This document shows positions 19,095 to 28,320 of a stretch of DNA of 64,000 bases, piece after piece (the first letter of the stretch is position 1; the number at the start of each line of letters is the position of its first letter). The translations under genes and the position numbers were made by a program. Origin of the DNA: Patescibacteria group bacterium (lineage in GTDB: Bacteria; Patescibacteriota; Patescibacteriia; 2-12-FULL-60-25); NCBI GenBank assembly GCA_049295615.1, contig JBAQQZ010000070.1, positions 11,265-75,264 of the forward strand. Reading direction: 5' to 3'. The notes beneath the pieces are model-generated. The model did not search any database. It worked only from the letters and a program-made list of their open reading frames with translations, and was not told the origin of the DNA.

Positions 19095-19898
19095 TTAGGC
19101 GGCCGGGGCCGAGGTTACGGACGGCGCAGGAGCGTCTTGGCGCGGGGCGCGGTAGTCCGGGCGTGGGCCACGGAAACCACCGGGACGTGAACCGCCGCGG
19201 TCATCACGGCGCGTGTCGCGCGACGGGGTGGTCGGCTTGTATTGCGCAAGCTTGTCTTGTTCAAACACGTCACCGCGGTAGATCCAGACTTTCACGCCGA
19301 TGGCGCCGGCCATGGTGTGGGCCGTGTCGACGCCGTAGTCGATGTCGGCACGCAAGTTGGTGAGCGGGATCTTGCCCCACGCGAGCTTTTCGCGGCGCGC
19401 GATTTCGGCGCCGTTCAAGCGGCCGGAGACGGCGATCTTCACGCCGAGCGCGCCGGCTTTCTTGACGCGTTCGATGGCCATCTTGAGCACGCGGCGGAAT
19501 GGCATGCGGCGCTCAAGCTCTTGCACGACCTGTTGCGCCACGAGCACGGACTCGAGCGAGGCCTTGGAGATTTCCGTGACGTTGAGCTGGAATTGGAGCT
19601 TCTTGCCCGGGAAAAACTTTTTCAAAAATTTCTTCTTCAGGTCTTCGATGCCGGCGCCGGAGCGGCCGATCACGAGGCCGGGCTTGGCGGTGGCGATCGA
19701 GATGGTGAGCGAACCGCGTGAGCGTTCGATCGACACCTGGCTGACCGACGCTTCCTTGAGCTCTTTCATGAAGAACTCGCGGACCTGGATGTCCTGCTTG
19801 AACTGTGCACGGTAGGTGTCTTCGCGCGCAAACCAGCGCGACGGCCAGGTGGTGGTCGTGCCGAGGCGGAAGAGTTTTGGATTGACTTTGTGGCCCAT
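19095..19898 (-). CDS. rpsC: 30S ribosomal protein S3 with Arg/Gly/Pro-rich C-terminal tail
   Basis: MGHKVNPKLFRLG... KH domain. Start trimmed to the ATG after rplV. Confidence 0.93.
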   Translation of the reverse strand: MGHKVNPKLFRLGTTTTWPSRWFAREDTYRAQFKQDIQVREFFMKELKEASVSQVSIERSRGSLTISIATAKPGLVIGRSGAGIEDLKKKFLKKFFPGKKLQFQLNVTEISKASLESVLVAQQVVQELERRMPFRRVLKMAIERVKKAGALGVKIAVSGRLNGAEIARREKLAWGKIPLTNLRADIDYGVDTAHTMAGAIGVKVWIYRGDVFEQDKLAQYKPTTPSRDTRRDDRGGSRPGGFRGPRPDYRAPRQDAPAPSVTSAPAA

Positions 19899-19908
19899 AG
19901 GATTCGTG

Positions 19909-20367
19909 TTAGTTCGCGGCGGGCGCGGTTTCGGCCTTCGGGGCCTTTGGCGCTTTCGCTTTTTTGGTTGCAGGTTTGCCCGCGATCTTGGCTTTGACGG
20001 CTTCACGCTTCAAGGCGCGCTTCGACAACGGCTTCGGTTCGTCCGACAGCACGATGTTGATGTGCGTGCTGCGCTTGCGGATCGGCGCGCCACGGCCCAT
20101 GGCACGGGCACGGAAACGCTTGAGCGTGACGCCCGCGTCTGCCGTGATCGCCTTGACGTAGAGCTTCGAGCGGTCGAGCTTGAAGTTGTGCTCGGCGTTG
20201 GCGATGGCGGATTGCAGGAGCTTCAAGACCGGGCGCGAGGCGTCCTTCTTGATGAACTGCAAACGCAGTTCGGCTTGGTCAACCGGAAGGTCACGGATCG
20301 CGTCGACCACGAGCCGGACTTTGCGGGGCGCCATGCGGAGATGGCGGAGGGATGCTTTGACGTCCAT
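19909..20367 (-). CDS. rplV: 50S ribosomal protein L22 with Lys/Ala-rich C-terminal tail
   Basis: LRMAPRKVRLVVDAIRD... core. Confidence 0.92.
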   Translation of the reverse strand: MDVKASLRHLRMAPRKVRLVVDAIRDLPVDQAELRLQFIKKDASRPVLKLLQSAIANAEHNFKLDRSKLYVKAITADAGVTLKRFRARAMGRGAPIRKRSTHINIVLSDEPKPLSKRALKREAVKAKIAGKPATKKAKAPKAPKAETAPAAN

Positions 20368-20370
20368 ATA

Positions 20371-20715
20371 TTATTTCTTTTTGGGAGCCGGTTTGGCGGC
20401 CGGTGCGGCGGCTGCAGCTGCGACCGGGGCGCCTTCCGCGCCTTCAATCGACTTCTGCATCTTTCCACCATGGCGCACGAACTTGCGCGTCGGCGAGAAT
20501 TCACCGAGCTTGTGGCCGACCATGTTTTCGACGACCACGACGTTCAAGTGAAGCTTGCCGTTATGTACGCCAAACGTCATGCCAACCATGGCAGGCGTAA
20601 TGACGGAAGCACGCGACCAGGTTTTGATCGGGGTCTTGTCGCCGGGCTTTTGCTTGGCAACTTTCTCCAACAGCTTGGCGTCGGTAAATGGTCCTTTTTT
20701 GAGGCTTCGTGACAT
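20371..20715 (-). CDS. rpsS: 30S ribosomal protein S19 with Ala-rich C-terminal tail
   Basis: [12 protein letters not shown]...[13 protein letters not shown]. Confidence 0.93.
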   Translation of the reverse strand: MSRSLKKGPFTDAKLLEKVAKQKPGDKTPIKTWSRASVITPAMVGMTFGVHNGKLHLNVVVVENMVGHKLGEFSPTRKFVRHGGKMQKSIEGAEGAPVAAAAAAPAAKPAPKKK

Positions 20716-20720
20716 ATGGA

Positions 20721-21560
20721 TCAGCTCTTTTTAGAACGGCGGCGGGAAAGAATCATGGCGTCGGACGGCAGGTGCTTCTTGCGGGTCTTCACCCCGAGCG
20801 CATGCTTGCCCCACTTGGTCTTCGGATACTTCATACCGATTGGGTGCTTGCCTTCACCACCGCCGTGCGGGTGGTCAACCGGGTTCATGACCTTGCCACG
20901 CACCGTCGGCTTGATGCCGCGATGGCGCATGCGGCCGGCCTTGCCCCAGCGGACCAGGTGGTAGTCGGGGTTCGAGACCGAACCGATGGTGGCCATGCAC
21001 AGCTTATTGACGTTACGCGTTTCACCGGACGGGAACTTGAGGGTCGCGACATCGCCTTCGATGGCCATGATCTGGATGACGGTTCCTGCTCCGCGGCCGA
21101 TCTGGCCGCCTTTGCCGGGTGCGAGCTCCACGTTGTGGACCATGACGCCGACTGGGATCTTTTCGAGCGGCAAGCGGTTGCCCGGCTTGATGTCGGCACC
21201 AGTCTTGGATGAGACGATGATCTCCCCCACCTTCACGTGGTCCGGTGCGATCATGTAGCGCTTTTCGCCATCCTTGTAGACGAGGAGCGAGATGCGCGCG
21301 CCGCGGTTGGGGTCGTATTCAATAGAATCGACTTTGGCCGGGATGTCATATTTGTCGCGCTTGAAGTCGATGACGCGCACGTACTGTTTGGCGCCGCCGC
21401 CCTTGTGGCGGACCGTGAGCTTCCCGTTGGTGCGACCGGCGAATTCCTTGCGGATCTTGATCAATGACTTTTCCGGCTCATCGCGCGTGATGTCAGAAAA
21501 ATCCTGCACGGAGGAGAGCCGGCGGCCTTTGGTGACGGGGCGGTAGTTCTTGATTGGCAT
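20721..21560 (-). CDS. rplB: 50S ribosomal protein L2
   Basis: [14 protein letters not shown]...[12 protein letters not shown]. Confidence 0.95.
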   Translation of the reverse strand: MPIKNYRPVTKGRRLSSVQDFSDITRDEPEKSLIKIRKEFAGRTNGKLTVRHKGGGAKQYVRVIDFKRDKYDIPAKVDSIEYDPNRGARISLLVYKDGEKRYMIAPDHVKVGEIIVSSKTGADIKPGNRLPLEKIPVGVMVHNVELAPGKGGQIGRGAGTVIQIMAIEGDVATLKFPSGETRNVNKLCMATIGSVSNPDYHLVRWGKAGRMRHRGIKPTVRGKVMNPVDHPHGGGEGKHPIGMKYPKTKWGKHALGVKTRKKHLPSDAMILSRRRSKKS

Positions 21561-21564
21561 AAAT

Positions 21565-21993
21565 TTAGACGCCTTCGTAGACATCAATCTTCTGGCCGGC
21601 CTTGAGGGTCACGAGAGCTTTCTTCCAGTTATTGCGGGCGCCAGCCGTGCGGCCACGGCGGACGATCTTGCCGATGCCGCGGACCGTGCGGACGTTCGTC
21701 ACGTTGACCTTGAAGAACGCTTCGATGGCTTTCTTGATCTCGATCTTGTTGGACTTCACCGGGACATTGAAGACGTACACGCCCTTGTGCGCGAGGATCG
21801 CGGCCTTCTCGCTCACGCGGGGCGAGAGGAGCGTGCCGGCGAACTTGGCGGCCTTGGCATCCGACGAGACGACCTTCACTTCGGACGAGGTTTCGTCCGT
21901 CGTCTTCTTGGTTTTGGCGGGCGCCTTTTTCTTGGGTTCCTCGGCAGGAGCCTTGGCGTCGGCGTCTTTTTTGGTGCGCTTGAAGAGTGCCAT
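21565..21993 (-). CDS. rplW: 50S ribosomal protein L23 with Lys/Ala-rich N-terminal extension
   Basis: C-terminal L23 core ([29 protein letters not shown]). ATG at 21991-21993, right after the rplD stop. Confidence 0.88.
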   Translation of the reverse strand: MALFKRTKKDADAKAPAEEPKKKAPAKTKKTTDETSSEVKVVSSDAKAAKFAGTLLSPRVSEKAAILAHKGVYVFNVPVKSNKIEIKKAIEAFFKVNVTNVRTVRGIGKIVRRGRTAGARNNWKKALVTLKAGQKIDVYEGV

Positions 21994-21994
21994 A

Positions 21995-22627
21995 TTATGC
22001 GTTGCGATACAGCGTTTCAAACGCCGGGACCGTGTCCTTCCAGAAGACAAGCGTCTGGTAGTTCAACACGTCTTCGATATTCAGCGAGTTGACGGTGACG
22101 AGTTTCACGTTTTGCAAGTTGCGGACCATGCGGAGCAACGACGGGTCCGACTTCGGGATGACGACCAGCGCCTTGCGCGTCACGGGAAGCGTCTGGAAGA
22201 GCTTGGCGGCGTGCTTGGTCTTGGTCGCGGCCGGGGCAAACGCCTCGAGCACGAACATCTTTTCGGTGGCCACCTTGTCGGACAGCGCCATAAAGAGGGC
22301 CTTCTGGCGAGCTTTGCGGTTCACCTTGACCGAATAGTTGCGTTCGGCGCGCGGGCCGAAGGTAATACCACCACCCACCCATTGCGGCGAGCGGATCGAA
22401 CCTTGGCGGGCGCGGCCCGTCCCCTTTTGCTTCCACGGCTTCTTGCCGCCACCGCGGACTTCGCCTTTGGTTTTCGTATTTGAAATGGAGCGGCGAGCGT
22501 TCGCTTGCTGCGCGACGAGGACTTCGTGCACGAGGCCCGGGTTGGCTTTGACGCCAAAATGCTTCTCGTTCAATTCGAGCGAGCCGGTGACTTTGCCTTC
22601 TTGGTTGTAGACGTTGACGTTAGGCAT
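21995..22627 (-). CDS. rplD: 50S ribosomal protein L4
   Basis: KPWKQKGTGRARQGSIRSPQWVGGG. Confidence 0.95.
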   Translation of the reverse strand: MPNVNVYNQEGKVTGSLELNEKHFGVKANPGLVHEVLVAQQANARRSISNTKTKGEVRGGGKKPWKQKGTGRARQGSIRSPQWVGGGITFGPRAERNYSVKVNRKARQKALFMALSDKVATEKMFVLEAFAPAATKTKHAAKLFQTLPVTRKALVVIPKSDPSLLRMVRNLQNVKLVTVNSLNIEDVLNYQTLVFWKDTVPAFETLYRNA

Positions 22628-22632
22628 AGCGG

Positions 22633-23235
22633 TTAGACGCTGCGGATCTCGATGATCGAGTTGCGGGCGCCGGGGACGGCACCTTTCAAGGCGATCACGC
22701 CGTTATCGCGCAGTTCGACGACCTCCAAATTCTTGACAGTCACGCTCTCATCTCCCATGCGGCCCGGCATGCGGCGGCCTTTCATGACGTGTTGCACGCC
22801 ACCGGCGCCGATCGAACCCGGCATGCGCAGCTGGTCCTTGTGGCCGTGCGAAGCGGGATGGCCGCGGAACCCATGGCGCTTGACGACGCCTTGGAACCCT
22901 TTGCCTTTGGACACGCCGCTCACGTCAACCGTATCACCGGCCGTGAACGTCGCAGCTTCGATGGTGTCGCCGCGCTTGAACGAGGCAACGTCGTCCACGC
23001 GGAATTCGCGCAGCACGGTCAGCTTGGGGAGGTCTTTCAAATGCCCTTCTTTGGGACGCGACATTTTTCGCGCCGGAAGGAACCCGACTTGGACCGCGAC
23101 GTAGCCGTCAGAGTCCTTGTCTTTGACTTGCGTGACGACACAGGGGCCCGCTTGCACAAGCGTAACCGGAACCACCGTCCCATCGGGGCGGAAGACCTGT
23201 GACATCTCGAGTTTTTTCGCGAGGATGAATTTCAT
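22633..23235 (-). CDS. rplC: 50S ribosomal protein L3
   Basis: MKFILAKKLEMSQVF...GKGFQGVVKRHGF. The longer ORF extension into the spacer was rejected. Confidence 0.93.
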   Translation of the reverse strand: MKFILAKKLEMSQVFRPDGTVVPVTLVQAGPCVVTQVKDKDSDGYVAVQVGFLPARKMSRPKEGHLKDLPKLTVLREFRVDDVASFKRGDTIEAATFTAGDTVDVSGVSKGKGFQGVVKRHGFRGHPASHGHKDQLRMPGSIGAGGVQHVMKGRRMPGRMGDESVTVKNLEVVELRDNGVIALKGAVPGARNSIIEIRSV

Positions 23236-23593
23236 AACTCGATATGAATGAGAGCTGACCTCGGACGATTGGTCCACCGGGGCGGACATCGCCGTCTTCC
23301 CAATTAGGCGGGAAGCAAAAAGCCAGAAGCCTGGTTGCGTCCTTGAAGACACGAACAAGCTTCTGGCCTCTCTGCGAACACGAAAGGCTTTCTGATTTGG
23401 GGAAACCGGACGGTGGCCGTGCACTGCAGGGAGGTTATGCCAGTCTCACTTCGCGGTGAGGTTTATCCCGACGCTGCGTCGGGAAAGCAACTTACTCCTT
23501 GGGACGAACCCGTTCGGGTGCGGAGCAGCTCATGCGCTCTGCCGTTCTTCCGACACTTCGGAGGGACGACGGAGCGCACAAGGCGCTCGGGAA
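23236..23593 (-). promoter_or_regulatory. Unclassified structured spacer (candidate leader/attenuator or ncRNA) between rpsJ and rplC
   Basis: 358 nt with no credible ORF in an operon whose other junctions are 0-12 nt. Several GC hairpins, including a 9-bp stem (23322-23330/23359-23367) followed on the minus strand by TTTTT. Confidence 0.4.
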
Positions 23594-23941
23594 CTACATT
23601 TTGATTTCGACGTCCACGCCGGCCGGGAGGTTCAACGAAGTCAGGGCTTCGATGGTCTTGGCGTTCGGGTCCATGATGTCGACGATGCGCTTATGGATGC
23701 GCATCTCGAACTGTTCACGGGCGTTCTTGTGGACGAAGGTGGAACGGTTGACCGTCCACTTCTTCTTTTCGGTTGGCAACGGGACAGGACCGACCACGCG
23801 CGCACCCGTGCGTTCCGCCGTATCGATGATCGTGCGGGTCGACTGGTCGATGATCTTGTGGTCAAAGGCGCGGATCTTGATGCGGATGCGGGACGTGGTG
23901 TCCTTGGCAGCCGCAGCCTTCTTGGTCGTGGTGTCGGTCAT
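23594..23941 (-). CDS. rpsJ: 30S ribosomal protein S10 (short Lys/Ala/Thr N-terminal extension)
   Basis: [43 protein letters not shown] stop. Confidence 0.95.
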   Translation of the reverse strand: MTDTTTKKAAAAKDTTSRIRIKIRAFDHKIIDQSTRTIIDTAERTGARVVGPVPLPTEKKKWTVNRSTFVHKNAREQFEMRIHKRIVDIMDPNAKTIEALTSLNLPAGVDVEIKM

Positions 23942-23971
23942 GGTCGTGTCCTGTCCGTAATGTGCCAGTTA

Positions 23972-25162
<1,191 letters not shown>

Positions 25163-25232
25163 AACGATGGTCGTGACTAGGTGTCGTCCTCGTGGGACGA
25201 AATCCTAAGGAATAAGTAATTTGAGTAGCAGC

Positions 25233-25261
25233 AATATAACAGGTGTCTTGAAACCTTGCAA
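25233..25261 (-). promoter_or_regulatory. Sigma70-like promoter upstream of tuf
   Basis: Minus strand TTGCAA-17 nt-TATATT, about 70 nt upstream of the tuf ATG. Confidence 0.45.
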
Positions 25262-25269
25262 GAGCTAAC

Positions 25270-25626
25270 CTAGCCTCCCGCTTCGTCATCGACCGGTTCG
25301 AGGTAAAAGCGTTCTTCCACTGTAATTCCGGGGGTTTCTGAACCTTCGACTCCCTGCGCGACCAAATCCGAGGCCACTTCGTCCATCCGGGCTTCAACGA
25401 TGTCCATCGCCTGCGCGGCCAAAATCTCCTCTACGCGAAGCTCTTCTTTCGACTTTTTGGGCGACTTAGAAGACGCTTTCGGCGGCTGGCCGACCATCCC
25501 CTCCCCAGCCAACGCCTCAAACTGTTCAAGCGGCAAAACAACGAGCGGCTCACGGCCGGCCGGGTCAGTAATGATGACAGGCACGCCAAGTTTGCGTGCG
25601 GATTCAAAAATGCGCTGGAGTGACAT
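25270..25626 (-). CDS. Hypothetical protein. The N-terminus resembles Phd/YefM antitoxin fold and the C-terminus is acidic
   Basis: KLGVPVIITDPAGREPLVVLPLEQFEAL resembles the Phd/YefM N-terminal pattern. No adjacent toxin gene seen. Confidence 0.4.
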   Translation of the reverse strand: MSLQRIFESARKLGVPVIITDPAGREPLVVLPLEQFEALAGEGMVGQPPKASSKSPKKSKEELRVEEILAAQAMDIVEARMDEVASDLVAQGVEGSETPGITVEERFYLEPVDDEAGG

Positions 25627-25728
25627 AGTTTTCCTTATCTAACAGGATGGGAGACGCCGAGGCAAGGGATCGACATATTCGTTGACATTCGCGCAAAAAA
25701 TTGCTTTCCTGCTTGCAGGAGGTGTCCC

Positions 25729-26118
25729 TTGAACGACATTTATACCATCAACGGCCACCGGATGCTCCTCATCCTGCGGTTCGTCGAGAAGTACGTCACG
25801 AGGCCCATGCTCGTTCGCCTTGGCGTCGTGCCCGAGCTGCCCAACATTATGCATCCATTCGGGGTCACCGCCTGGCTCGGCCAGATGGCAATCCGGGCGC
25901 CGCAACGCAAGACGCTCGAACAGATGCCTGCCGGAAAGCGGCACGACGCGCACTTCAACATCGAGATCGCGGCCGACGAAATCGTCGCGGCAACCAGCGG
26001 CCCGGAAGTCTGGGGTGGCTTGTCGGACGACGATAAGGACCAGCTCTCCGAGCTGCTCGTCCGCTTCATGCAACTCGTCGCGGGCGGCGAAATCCCCGAA
26101 CACGACCTCACGCGCTGA
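25729..26118 (+). CDS. Hypothetical protein (129 aa, TTG start)
   Basis: AGGAGG SD 6 nt upstream of TTG. Own terminator at 26141-26174. The antisense ORF 25639..26103 was rejected. Confidence 0.5.
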   Translation: MNDIYTINGHRMLLILRFVEKYVTRPMLVRLGVVPELPNIMHPFGVTAWLGQMAIRAPQRKTLEQMPAGKRHDAHFNIEIAADEIVAATSGPEVWGGLSDDDKDQLSELLVRFMQLVAGGEIPEHDLTR

Positions 26119-26140
26119 ACCACATGAGGCGCCACTCGCT

Positions 26141-26174
26141 CGACCCCGGTCATCACGATCGGGGTCGATTTTTT
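26141..26174 (+). terminator. Intrinsic terminator (copy 1 of a repeated hairpin)
   Basis: cgaccccg-gtcatcacgat-cggggtcg followed by attttttt. Confidence 0.7.
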
Positions 26175-26244
26175 ATACGTGACTGATTGACATCGAACGA
26201 ATTCCATGGCTTCATGCGGACGCATCCAACCAAGGAGGAAAGAG

Positions 26245-26868
26245 ATGGACCTTTTCACTGGCGCGTACGGCATCGTCGCGCTGCCGGACAGCATCACCGA
26301 ACGGAAGGTCAGGGACTTGGGGCGGCGGCCAATCGGCACCTCGCCTGATCCCCAGATCAAGAACAACGAGATCACGCGCCACGCCGAATTCTCGACGACG
26401 ACCGCGCACATCACGCTCTACCACGGCAAGCTCCGCGAGATCCCTCGCACGGAAGTTGAGATGATCCTGCGCACGCTGAAGCCGCTGTGCGGCAGCCCGA
26501 TCCTGTTCGACAAGATCGCGGTCTACGGCGGCAAGTTTTTGTTCCTCGATGTCGAGGTGACGCCGGAACTCCGGCTGGCGCATTTGGCCGCGCTCCACCT
26601 CGCGCACTCGCTTGACCGGAGCTCGGCGGCCAAAGCGACGGAAGAAGGCCTCAAGATGAGCGACGACGAACGCGCGAGCCTCGAGCGCTTCGGCCAACCG
26701 CTCACCTACGCGCTCGCGCGGCCGCACTTCACGCTGGCCTACAACAGCGGCGGATTCCCCAACTACCGTACACTCGGCCCGTTCGACGGCACGGGCCGGA
26801 TCGATCGCTTCGCCTTCGCGGAGATCGGCGAGTACGGCTCGGTGAAGAACATCATCCTCGAAGTCTAG
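26245..26868 (+). CDS. 2H phosphoesterase superfamily protein (LigT / cyclic phosphodiesterase-like)
   Basis: Two H-x-T-x motifs (AHITLYHG and PHFTLAYN) about 110 aa apart. AAGGAGG SD upstream of the ATG at 26245. Confidence 0.6.
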   Translation: MDLFTGAYGIVALPDSITERKVRDLGRRPIGTSPDPQIKNNEITRHAEFSTTTAHITLYHGKLREIPRTEVEMILRTLKPLCGSPILFDKIAVYGGKFLFLDVEVTPELRLAHLAALHLAHSLDRSSAAKATEEGLKMSDDERASLERFGQPLTYALARPHFTLAYNSGGFPNYRTLGPFDGTGRIDRFAFAEIGEYGSVKNIILEV

Positions 26869-26892
26869 CTGGAAACGGCGACACAACTCTTC

Positions 26893-26925
26893 GGCCCCGG
26901 TCAATACGATCGGGGTCGTTTTTCT
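26893..26925 (+). terminator. Intrinsic terminator (copy 2 of the repeated hairpin)
   Basis: ggccccg-gtcaatacgat-cggggtc followed by gtttttctt. Confidence 0.65.
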
Positions 26926-26928
26926 TAA

Positions 26929-27342
26929 ATGGAGTACAATACAAAAATACATATGCCGCTCACATCCTTTCTCGCCCAGCTCATCGGCTTGCTCTTGCTT
27001 GCAAGCGGAGCGTTCATGCTTTTCCAAAGTAAGGTTTTCATCAAAATCCTCAATGACATGACGGAAAACCGCACGACGTTGTTCATGGTCGGCGTCGCCG
27101 TGTTCATGGGCGGCGCTTCGATCGTGCTCACGCACAACGTCTGGAATGCCGGTCTCCTCCCTCTTGTCGTTACGCTCATGGGTTGGATCTGGGTCCTGCA
27201 CGGCCTCGCGTGCATCTTCGCCCCGAACCACGGCATCACGCGCCTGTTCCGGGCCTTCAACGTAGAAAAATATTGCTGGGCGTACGGGATTCTCTACTTC
27301 GCTATCGGGGCATGTCTGACGTACGCCGGATTCATGCGCTGA
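26929..27342 (+). CDS. Hypothetical 4-TM membrane protein
   Basis: 137-aa hydrophobic ORF. Start uncertain (ATG at 26929 or 26953). Confidence 0.5.
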   Translation: MEYNTKIHMPLTSFLAQLIGLLLLASGAFMLFQSKVFIKILNDMTENRTTLFMVGVAVFMGGASIVLTHNVWNAGLLPLVVTLMGWIWVLHGLACIFAPNHGITRLFRAFNVEKYCWAYGILYFAIGACLTYAGFMR

Positions 27343-27402
27343 TGGAATCAATTTGAAACAAAAATCCCGCCGCCTCGCCGGACGCAACTGAAAACTCGAA
27401 AT

Positions 27403-28251
27403 CTACTCTCCCCGTTCACGGTCGATCAACTGTTGCCTCAGGTCCATCAGTTCTTCGAGCTTATCGTCGATCCGTTCGAGGTCTTTCTTGATCGAGGTTT
27501 TGTCGCGGGTGTTCGCCTGAAGCTCCTGCTTGTTCGCGACATACATCGAAAGCGCGCGATCCAGGGCGTTGCGTACGAGGCGGACATTTATCTTCTTCGC
27601 CTTTAACGCCTCGTGCACACTGGCAAGCTCCTCGTCAGCGTCTTCTTCCCGTTCCGCTTGCCACCCTGCATCTTCCCCTTCCGCAAAACGCAAACGCTCT
27701 TCAGCCTCTTGGATTTTCTTATCCAACTCCGCTGTTTTCTTCCGTGTCACCGCGTTCAGTTGAGGACCGCCGCGATATCCCTTTTGCGCGGCCTGCGAAT
27801 GGATCGCTTGCTTGGCTTGATGAAGTGTGTCGATGATCGACTGGTACTCCAGCTGTGTCGGAGGATCTGAACGGCGGCTCAACATCTCGTCGCCATAGGC
27901 TTCTAAAATACCTGCATCATCTGGCTCTTCTTTTGCGAGGGTGCCGTACGCTTCACGCGCCAAATTGACGAATCCATTCTCCGACATCTCTTTCGCCGAC
28001 TCAAGCCTTGTCGCTGAATGCACGGGCGATTTTCTAAATGCCATGAGCAGGATCGTGCCCAGCATTTCCTTTTGAGAAAAAATATCATTGACCGTCGCGT
28101 CCTTTACGATCTGGAGCAGCTCTTCCGGCGATTCAGCAGCACGCGCCATCGCCAACAACTCCTCTCGACGATTCTTCGGCTTTTCCCGTTTCTGATCCTT
28201 CTTTTCCGCGAACGGGTTCGACGGCTTTTTCGGCACCTGCTCCATGCTCAT
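27403..28251 (-). CDS. Hypothetical Lys/Glu-rich coiled-coil protein
   Basis: 282-aa ORF with normal composition, unlike its antisense frames. No motif recognised. Confidence 0.5.
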   Translation of the reverse strand: MSMEQVPKKPSNPFAEKKDQKREKPKNRREELLAMARAAESPEELLQIVKDATVNDIFSQKEMLGTILLMAFRKSPVHSATRLESAKEMSENGFVNLAREAYGTLAKEEPDDAGILEAYGDEMLSRRSDPPTQLEYQSIIDTLHQAKQAIHSQAAQKGYRGGPQLNAVTRKKTAELDKKIQEAEERLRFAEGEDAGWQAEREEDADEELASVHEALKAKKINVRLVRNALDRALSMYVANKQELQANTRDKTSIKKDLERIDDKLEELMDLRQQLIDRERGE

Positions 28252-28320
28252 AGTTTTTGAAGGATACGCTCACGCCCGGCAAAACAAAAGCCGCCCAAGA
28301 TGCAGGCGGCTTTGATGAGA

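Noticed and set aside
23236-23593. Possibility that the S10-L3 spacer is RNase P RNA, tmRNA or SRP RNA
   Set aside because: I looked on both strands for GGAAAGTCCGG / ACAGAACCCGGCTTA (RNase P P4), for a GGGG...TTCGA...CCACCA tRNA-like pair with a tag ORF (tmRNA), and for GGTCCGGAAGGAAGCAGC (SRP helix 8). None is present, so the region stays unclassified.
25639-26103. 154-aa minus-strand ORF opposite 25729..26118
   Set aside because: The plus-strand ORF has an AGGAGG SD and is followed by a clean terminator. The minus frame is Arg/Asp-rich with no start context.
26212-27387. 391-aa minus-strand ORF spanning three plus-strand genes
   Set aside because: Its composition is extremely Arg/Asp/Glu-rich, typical of an antisense shadow frame in GC-rich DNA. 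The plus-strand genes it covers each have an SD, a sensible composition and their own terminators.
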